64,000 bases of DNA, taken from positions 3,410,001-3,474,000 of the forward strand of contig CM102289.1 of the NCBI GenBank assembly GCA_046563655.1, read 5' to 3'. The position numbers and the translations under genes are program-made. This document shows positions 1 through 10,400 of the stretch, piece after piece. The notes beneath the pieces are model-generated. The model did not search any database, was not told where the DNA came from, and worked only from the letters and a program-made list of their open reading frames with translations. Position 1 is the stretch's first letter. Each line of letters starts with the position of its first letter. The DNA is from Yuukianura sp. NJ FZ-2021. Its lineage: Eukaryota.

Positions 1-1374
1 AACACTTCTCTGGTTAACCTAACCTGTAAAACTTGCAACATCAGGGACTAAGGTTAATGTAGGAAACCTAGCCAACTTGGATGTCTCTCTGCGTGATTTC
101 TCTAAAAAGCGAGGTTCCTTCTGGAGAAAAGTTAATTTGACACCTGCCAACTGAGTTCATATTGGAAATCTCTTAAGCGATACAAGTCTCTCCTGCTACT
201 AAATCTTTTTGTTTTTCACTCCAACCTGTATCGATTCCAAGAAAAAGCAGCATGTTTACCGTTTTTTACAAAACATATAAAAAACAATTTCAAGTGAAAT
301 ATTTTCCTGCCAAAGTATATTTTCTCCGAAATGTGAAAACCTGTCAGACTAATCATGGAATTAAACTTTGTTTGTCGGGTAAGTTCAGACAAGTCGCTTA
401 AAATATTAATAACTTTCAAAATCAACTTTCTCCGGAGGCTCCAACTTTTGAAATAAGGTTGATTCCGGTTTTAGCCTTTGAAGAATTTTTATTCCCTTAA
501 GAGACTTCTGGACCATGCTCCTCGTTTCGCCTGTAAGCAAAGTAATGCACCAATTTCTTTAAGAAAAATATTCGTAAGCAAACGTTGTGAGCAGCTCAAA
601 ATTTGTTCCGGTTCTAACAATTTATCTGGTTAGTAGAAAGAATTCTGAAAAAAAGAATATTGAATAATTAAAACAGAGCGCACGCTCCGCTCTCGCTTCT
701 TGGAGCATAACTTTTCCACTGTCTACTTCCGTGGCATTTCTCCAGAGAGTTCAAAAGCCCACTTTCACCACTTAAACAGCACAGCACAATTTTGTGTGCG
801 CACATTCATTACACAGAAGGCGCAGAGGAAGTGGAGTAGCTTTCACTGAAACCTGTCTCCTCTACGATAACATTTCATCCACATATGGAACCTAGAGGGC
901 TAAAAAGTCCAGAAAAAATGTAACAGAGGTCCTATTATTCAATTTCACAACAGGAAGTTTCCTTTTCCAGAACTCACTTGACTTTTTGGTTCCGTTGCCA
1001 AAAAAACGTAGGCGGACAACTCAAAAGACAAAATGGTGGAACAAGGAGGAAGTGTACGTGCTTTGATTACTGTTTCAGGAAAGATAGCTTGCACTTTTTG
1101 ACTTGCAAGGCTTGATGATCGAATCTTGAAATTTCGACTCTTGAAAGTTTGGACAATGAAAAACTGTTTCCTATTTGTCTTGGACAACTAAATTTGAGTT
1201 GTTTTTATCAAACAGGAAACTGTCAAATCTAAAGTTGCAACAGTTACACTTTTCAGAAAAAAAAAACAAGTCTCTTAAAAACCTTTGTTTTGAATTTCTT
1301 CTTTAAAAAACGAGTCTTATAAAAACCTTTGTTTTGAATTTCAACCAAAGCTTTACAAAATTTTTCAATTTTAG

Positions 1375-1419
1375 GATGAAAAGAACCAAATTCTTATAAC
1401 CAATACGTGGCTAACTTTG
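1375..1419 (+). CDS. nAChRalpha7: alpha7 alternative exon 3a (loop D), [15 protein letters not shown]
   Basis: 45 nt, ttttag|GAT...TTG|gtaagt, phase 0-0; classic nAChR exon 3 motif. Confidence 0.92.
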
Positions 1420-4400
1420 GTAAGTGCAATTTTTGCAAAAAAAAAATTGCTCCGAGTTTAAACGGAGTAAACTGTTAGTCAGATCCAGTAATCTGTGACT
1501 TGCAGATTTAAAATGTCAATGGAGCTAATTGTGTGCTGCTACTTAGTTGTAACTGTGAGCGCAATGTTGTTCTCTCGGCATACGCAATTGCTGCAACCAG
1601 GTCTGGTCTTGCATGTTAACTCGACCACATGTTTAAAAATAGACTGACTTAGGTTAGGTTTACATTAGGTTAGCCTAATCAACATTTTAAATTCGTTGAG
1701 AAAAAGGAAGGACGCGTTTTTTTGTGCCAATTTGTAAAGATCTTTCGATCGTTTTTAGTGTGTTTTTTTTTCAGAAAAGAGGAATCCTGCGATCCGTAAA
1801 TGTGTCTCCGCATGTATCTGCTTTCCCCTGTGCTTTCTCCATGATCATAAAAACTGTATGTGTGTAGCCACTGCCACACCAAAGGTCTCCAGTGGATTCT
1901 AACAAAACCTAACCTAAAGTTCACCTGACTACTACAATTCCTTCAACGACTGTCGATTTCTTTGGGGTTTAAAAGCTGAAAGCTTGGACAGTTAAGGCTT
2001 ATCCCCTTTAAACTTCCCTCTCTTCCTCCGTTTACTCTAGTGTACCACTACCATAAATTTCAATTGAACAAACAAAATGGATACCCTGGGAATTGTCCTT
2101 ACTTCTAAAACCTAAAGCCACCGTTAGGTTAGCCTAGGCTCTCCTTGTTAGGTTGAAAGAAACTTGCACTTTTCTCCTAAATCCCCGAGTTCTATCACCG
2201 CCCATCCCTGAAATTGATTCTTATTGACGTGGGCATTAAGACAGGAAACGACTGTCGTTCAAATGATCTTTGGAGCTTTGAGGGTTATTTCCGGCCGAAA
2301 CGCGCTGTGTTTTCCTCTGACAATTCTTTTTTTGGTCTACCTTTAACAGAGAGTTGTTTGTTTCGATCCCAGAAGTTAACAATAATGCTGACGGTTCATG
2401 ATGTTACAAACGACTCAGCGTATCTAACTGTGGTTCCTTGATGGTGCATTTATATCGATGTTAAGTTGATGAGATAGAACTTAGCAATTGATGTTGAGAT
2501 GAACACTGTTTAGTATACTACTTTACCTGTGTTTTCAATTGCAACTGTGATCTGATTGTTTGTGTCTTTGTCCCTTCTCTTTGTTTGCATGTGCTCACAT
2601 TGTATTTGCGGCAATATTTCTAAATGCAGGACGAGAAGAATCAAATTCTAGTCACTACTCTTTGGTTACGAATGGTGAGTCAATACCTTTCCTTATACGA
2701 CCTACTTTAACACTTCTTTCAAATCAAACCGCATTTTTCAATTTCATTTTCACTCAATCAGCCCTTGAACAACTTTCTTTACTTTTTTTTAAATCACTCT
2801 GCTTTGAAAACACAAAAGTCAATTCAATTTAATTTCAACAATGGAACTGCTGAGAGAAATGACGCAAACCAAGTAAGGTTTGGCAGACTAACGTAACCTA
2901 ACCTAGCAATTCTTTCAATCTCAATCAACGCTAACAAAAAAAATTCTCCAACGAATAGATGTGGTGACAATGGACTTTCTCCAATAACAATTCAAAGAAA
3001 CCGCACAATGTTGGCCCACGAGGCAATTAACTTTCTTAATCAATTTCTTGGCTTCTTCTATTCAATCTCAGCAGTTCCATTCAAAAGTGTCAATTTACGT
3101 TTACGTTTACGCCATACATAACGTTTACCGTGTGAAAATTTAACTTTTTGCATGTAACCTGCCAGCTTACAAAGTCATAAACCAGCCATTTCAATCAATC
3201 CATAAAATTTGCACCTTCAGTTCTTACTAAAAAACCTTGTCAAACTGGTACAGAACTGATGCGTGGTCTCGCCCAGTTTTTGTTCCTTACGCAGGAACTA
3301 CTGCGACGGGTAATTCAAATTGAATTAAAAGGTGTGTTGCGCATGAGTAGGTTGATGGTTCGAAATTTCCTGAAATTTGGTCTTTTGCTCCTTTGCTGTG
3401 TGCATAAATTCCATTTACTCTAACAATTTCACGGTGGATTGAACTGGAGCAGAGTCGAGGCGAGAGGTTTGGTGTGGAACCTGAAGATCCAGAATAGCAT
3501 GACTCCTCCACTTTCTCTTCAAGAAGTGTTGGTGACCAAGGATGAGACACAAAGGAGGGACATTTGACACGTTTTCAACTTCGGCTGTCACAAACCATAA
3601 CTTTCCAAAGGTTAACCTAAAAGCAAGAAAGCAGGGCGAAAGCATTCGTCTGCCGATGAGGGCAAGTTTGCTTAATAAAATGCCTTGGAGGAGCCAGAGA
3701 AACAGAAGAAAGTGGAGAAAGTGATATTCAATTGACTTGGTCTAGTCGTAATCAGTCTCCACTCATGCATGAAGCCATCAAAGGAAGCAACAGAAAACTC
3801 TCCATTGTTCACCACCACTTTTCCTGTATCTTCACTTTCTCAGTAGAAACGTCTAACTTTCTTTTAGAATCAAAAAGATTCAAGAACACTTCTGAAACTG
3901 AAGTTGTGCTACAATTCTGTATTTGGATGTGCATGACAAAGAAGTGCATGATTTGTATAGAAAACAATGGACGGGAAAAGTTCATGTCTCGCGGGAACTT
4001 TTGAATCGTGACGAGAACACGATTAAAATTGAAGTTGCATCTTTGCACGCAATGCATGTTGTTTGTTGTTCCATCGAACAAGAGGAGTGTTGTTGGAAAA
4101 GACGTGCATTTGAAGACTTGTGAATTGCTTTATTAGTTAATCGACTGCAAACTAAACAGTTTGTGGATATACAGAAATTAATGAAGGGAAGACATGCGAG
4201 AAATCTGGTGTAGGGAGGAACCTTTCTTTTTCGTATTATAAACCTCGTCAGGCAAACAAGCGAGGAAGTTGTACTATATTTTACAGTAGAAAAGTGAAAA
4301 GAGGGAACCTTTGTGTATTGTTTGAAAATATTTTGATACCCGAGCGCCACCAGACGAGTGGTTCTAGAGTTAAATGAGGCTTTCCTTCTGCTTCAAGCTT

Positions 4401-7400
4401 CAAGCTTTGTCTACTACTTGTCGCAGTGTTGCTTGTGGTGAAAGTAGACTTTCACTGCAACGCTTTCGTTGTGGCTTACTCAGTCAGGTACTGACTGTAT
4501 ACTAGTTTCTTTTGTGTTTACACTGCGCATGTGCCCTGTGCTACATAAAGTTTGCAGGACTTGCGCCTGCTGTAGCATCAGCTTGCTCTCGATCAGCCTT
4601 TCAGAGGCCCAGACAAAAGCTTCGCTTGACTGTTCTTAGAAATGTGCTTATAAGAAATTCAAACAAAGCCTCAAATGTAGTCGAGACGAGAGCATGCGGT
4701 GCTGGTAGCAGAGCCATCTCTGCCGCTTGAACTGAACCTTGCTACTCTCTTGGCTTGTTCTTCCACAAGGCTCTAGATTTCACCTCCTTGCTTTCACTTT
4801 GGCTTCAGCTTGACTCAATTTTTCATTAGACTCTACACACTCCTATGAATACATTCTTAAATTGTACTTCTATTCTAATGTGACAGGAGTGGAATGATTA
4901 TAATCTCCAATGGAAGCCAGAGGAGTATGGCAACATTTCCGACCTTCGCATTCCTCCACATCGAATATGGAAACCTGATGTTTTAATGTACAACAGGTAC
5001 AGAAACAAATATTAGTCCTTTTAGTTACATTTTTAGCCGAATTTTACACAATTGACTAAACTTGTAACTTTAAAATACTTGAACTTGTTAGTGCCGATGA
5101 ACAATTTGATGGTACGTATCAGACGAATGTCGTGGTGCGTAGCAACGGGAGCCTCACTTATATCCCTCCAGGAATATTTAAGAGTACGTGTAAAATCGAC
5201 ATCACTTGGTTCCCCTTCGACGAGCAAAAGTAAAATTTTCTCATTTCTCAATTTTTTAAATTCTACATTGTTAATTGTAAAGTCACGGTCGAGAGAAAGT
5301 TATTACAAGTGAAGCATGTACGGAGACTTTCGTTTTGAAAGTTTCAATTTACATTAAAAAACTGGAGTACATCCGAAAAATGAAAACTAAATTCAATTTA
5401 CATATTGCGTAATTCAAAATTGAGAGTAGTAACTTACTCTCGGCTTACACAAAAGTAAGCATATTAAATTTTAACCAAAAACCAAATTTCGTTTGTCTCT
5501 AAGATGCGAAATGAAGTTTGGCAGCTGGACATATGATGGTGGCCAGGTAAATCAATTAAATACTAAAAGTTTCAATACAGTAACTTATATACATTTTTTG
5601 GTTTCTTAAATTAATCATAATTTCGAAATTCTGGACGTGTTTTTCTAAAAAAAATTACATTGGATTACTAACTCATTTGTTTTAAATAAGCCCAATGTTA
5701 CTAAGATTTTAACCAAATTTAAATTTTTCAGCTGGACCTTCAGCTGCATTCCCAAGACGAATCAGGAGACATTAGCAGTTTTATACCAAACGGTGAATGG
5801 TCTCTCAAGGGTAAGGAAAATGACTTTCCTTTGTACTATTTACATCAAATATTTGACTTGGCATTATTATAACATTCAATAGAATTTCTAGGAATCGCTG
5901 CAATTGAGACTTTGAGTTAGAAAACTTAGGTCCACTATTTGACCTTGTGTTGACTCAAAAATTTATGATTCTTTTAAAAAAAGTCTTTGAAACCGTACTC
6001 CACTTCGGTGGGATTTGGACACTGGCGGGTAATTGGAAATCAGAGAAAATGAAGTTTATGTGTTACAAAGGGTTGTGTGGCCTTTGATGCCTTTTCTTTC
6101 CAATTTACGTCCCAAACCCTACTTTCTTCTTGTTTATATTTCTACTGTCTCCCAAACCCAGCTCTCCCGTTCCACTTGGATTATATTTCAGAGGAGGATC
6201 AAGGCGTAGGAAGAAACGGTTTGAAACATTGCGGATTTCCAGGAAAGCGTACGATGGGCCACGAATGCGGTCGACTCTTCTTTGGCACAATTTGGAGAAA
6301 CCTCCGGCACGTGTATGCGTGTATGCCAGTCTCTACTACTCTAGTAGTTATATGCCGCCACCCACGTTCCTTTCCCCGGTTAGGTTAGTTTAACCTTTCT
6401 CCCTGCTTTCTCTTTGCAGAGATCCCTCTAGACGCCCAGAGCACATGAATTTCATTTTGAGGACTTACATTATTTAGAAAGGAGTGTTGTTGCGTGTACA
6501 AAGTTTAGCCTTTTCAATTTGTTACCGCTGGACTCGTTTCCCTCGGAGTGGGTATTATGAGATGAACGAAGAAACTGCTTCCAGCTAACTGCCAACTGAC
6601 AAATCAACTTCAACTTTTCTTCTTAAGCTGCTTCCGACAACTTTCAACCTTGTATAGAATAGGAAACTGTTTTATAACAGGCACAGGAAGGCAGAAATGA
6701 GATTTTGTTTGCAGAAACCATTTCCGTTTGATCCTCAAAATTTGTTTTGGGGGGAAATTTTAGTTTCCTTTTTAATTTTGGTTGACATTGATTCCAGGTT
6801 TTACTTTTTTGTAGTATGGAATTTCTCGAAGAGGCTTTTAAAAGTGTGTAAAGGGCAGATAAAAGGTTAGATGGCGCTGCAATGCCAAAATGTAGAACTA
6901 GAAATACGAAGTGAAAGTACGCAGACTGCAGCGTTTCAGCTACAGAAACCTTAGGAAAGTGAGTCAGACTTTGTAAAATCGATATTTGTACTTGGACGTG
7001 AACCAGTTCATTGTACTCGGTCAACAGAAAGGCTTTCCCAACGTGAGTTTTTGGACCATTTCAAAAACAATACCTTCAACATAGGGTGAATAGCAATCAG
7101 AAATGTATATTTTTAGGCCACTCCTTCATTTCAGAATTCTCCAAAAACTTTTACTTTAATCTTCAACTACAATATCAAAGATTTATCTGATGTCCTTACA
7201 ATAGTTTTGAGCCGTGAAGAACGTGAGAGTAATCATTTCCTGTTATATGTTTAACTAAATAAGTTTCATTTTTTTTTGTCCTAACCTGTGTTGATGTTTG
7301 TTCTTTTATCCTAAACACACTTTGACTTTCGAATCATCTTTTAAATGTCATTTTGAAGAACAAGTTAAGTAGATGCTGAGTTTGACATGATCAAAACCAG

Positions 7401-10400
7401 CAGCACTTTCCCTAAATATGATCCGATCGAACAGCACTTTTCACTTTCTACTTTGACGACGCTTTTACTAAAACATTTTTTGAGTCCACCACCAGTTCAA
7501 CTCGAGTTTTTTGAATGACGTTTTGGCCTTTAAGTGGCAAAAGAAAAGGCTCTTAACATTTTCTCAGCCCACTCTGGATCAATGTTTTGAGTGGTTTTGA
7601 GCAGAAAAAGAGTTCCAAGGATTTATTGAATGTTATAAAAAAAAAAGACTGAAACGTGTTTTTGAGAAACTTTTTTTTATGATGGTGGCAACTAATAATT
7701 GAATTTTTGGATTTGTTTTTTGGTTCTTGTATTTTTGTAGGCGTGCCGGGGAAGAGAAACGCCGTGTTTTATGCTGTAAGCCCTTTTATTCCTTCGTAAC
7801 TTCAAAGTTTCCTTTTTCAATTTTTGAAAAAACCCGTGAGACTGATTGACACTTCTTTTTTGATTTTTGATGGTTTGTGATGCAGTGTTGTCCGGATCCA
7901 TACGTCGATATAACATTTGTGATTCACATACAAAGGCGAACGTTATATTATTTCTTCAATTTAATCGTTCCATGCGTCTTAATTGCCTCAATGGCCGTGC
8001 TTGGGTTTACACTGCCGCCAGATTCAGGAGAAAAATTATCTTTAGGTAACCATAACACTAACAAAACCAAACTTTTTTGACTCCATTTTGATTTTGACCA
8101 TTTTAGTTTTGACCCCCCAATTGACCTCTCCTTAATCCTCCAACCTGGCGGGGCTAACTCAGCGCGGAGTGCATGAACAAATTTGTGTGAAAGATTTTTT
8201 TTAAGAAAGCAGGAGACATTTTGAACATGGTTAAATTAAAATTTTGAAAACTTTTGGAAATTGTGTACTTCGGGAAACGGACGACAAAACTTTTAGAAAA
8301 AGTTGGGATTTAATCTACTTTTGTTAAAAAAATGCTCTGTTACACATTTACAGCTCACTGCATTTTGTGCATCTAGGTGTGAAGGGCGTGCGCAACGTCA
8401 AATATTACTCGTGTTGCCCAGAACCGTACGTGGATGCCATTTTTACGGTTCACGTTCAGCGCCGAACTCTATTCTATTTGGTCAATTTGATTGTCCCTGG
8501 AATCATGGTCTCCTCAATGACTCTCCTTGGATTTACCCTCCCGCATGAATGTGGAGAGAAGCTAACACTAGGTATAGGCGCCTAAAGTAACTAACTTTTG
8601 AGACAGGTTGAAATATCTAGGTCAAACTTAATAGTTTTAAACACTATGTGTCAGGTCTCAATTCAGACTTTTCAAAAAAGTTTCAAATTTAAAACAGTTT
8701 TGAAAAGTGTTTACGAGATTAACTCTCCAACATTGCTTCCACTCAAAACACCCAAAAAAGGAAAGTCCAAATTCAATTTCAGCTCTTGCTCACTCCATTA
8801 TGGCCACTTTTCTGCCTTCTTGAATTTCAGCCCACTGACAGGGCGCAGAGCGTTATTGAATCTTTTTTTTTCATGCCTCTGCATACTGTACAGTTTGTAG
8901 TGTGCTGCTCCAGTATTACGAAAACTCCCGCCCAAAGGAACTGGACCAGTTTTTAACCGAACCACGTAATCCGCCTCCCAGCATCTTTCACTATATGCAC
9001 CACTACTCTATACAAACAGCCAAACTGTTCCATGACTTTCATGAACGGCACGTTTCGGACAGAATCGTCATTAACGATACTTTCTAGACAGAATTCTCAT
9101 GGAGGTTCGTTATAAACGCTAAAGCACAACAAGGGAAGTACTTTATAAACAAAATCAAGATCTATCTTTGTGCACAAAATCCAAGGTTCCTATACCAACT
9201 AAATAGTTTTCCTTTAATAGGTTTGGCAATAAGTCCTGTTTACAAAAAATCTCGCCCCGAACCATTTTTTTTTGTCAAATCCATTTGTTTACATATAAAT
9301 TATTGCCATAGGAAGGCACAGTGAAGCAAGTTTTGCTAATTTTTTAACAAAATTTAAAAAGTTATAGTTATTGCGTAACCTGTTAAAGAAGAAACTATTT
9401 TCTTGTTTACCAACCTTGGACGGAATCTAATTCAGGAATTTTGCAAATCTCCCAAATAGAAGAGTTTTGTACTTCTTAGACCGCCGGACATCCGTCCATT
9501 GAGTCCATAACTTAATAGCTAGTTCTTAAGTGACCGTCCATGAGTGTCCGGCTTCCTTCCTAACTTATCCTCCGAGTTCAGAGGACTGAAGAACGGATCG
9601 ATTCCATTTACTTTCCCCACTTTCCCGTCTTCCGACTTACAGTGAAGGCCCGAGCACTATGGGAAAAGTGGCCGAACACGTTTCTTTGCATTTTCCTTCA
9701 CGAGAGAACGCTTTTCCACTTCAAGCGGAATCAGGCCCATTACACAGTGGCCCACGGCTTCAAAACTCCTCGAATCAACGGTCAACACGTAAAGGAGCAG
9801 GGTATAATATGTTACAATGCTCAATGTTAGGCTAATTGCATTTGTCACTTTTACTTAATTATAAGAAACAAACAATTATGGTTGTGAATGATAAGAGGAC
9901 AAAACGAAGGTTGCAAGGAGCAGTGAAAATTCAAAAAAATTCCAAAAACCTAAGTTTTGCCAATCATCAAATTTGAATTCACCTAACCTTTGAATTTCGA
10001 AAGAACAAAATACGTCTTCATTCTAGTTTTCTGAGTTCCTAGTTGCGGTGACAGTGTTTTTTTTTGGATGCGATGTTTGTATGTGGAGCGAAAGCACTTG
10101 TCCTTGGGCACTTAAAACATACTCATAATTTAGCAGGGTGGCTCGCTTGGAGAGACAATAGAGAAAGTGTTGATTTCTCTAAGTGCCCACCGACAGTATA
10201 ACCTAACCTTTAGGCCAGGTTTTCAACCTAATCTACAGCATTTCTACCATGTAACTGGTGGTATTGATCCTTAAGGTGCGACTTTGGTATGATCAGCTCC
10301 ATTCCTTTTCCTGTTCCTTCTGTTTTCTGTTTTGGTTGAATTCCCTCCGGGCCTAAAGCCCATTTTCTAATTTGCAGAGTGTGAACCATGTTGTTTACTA

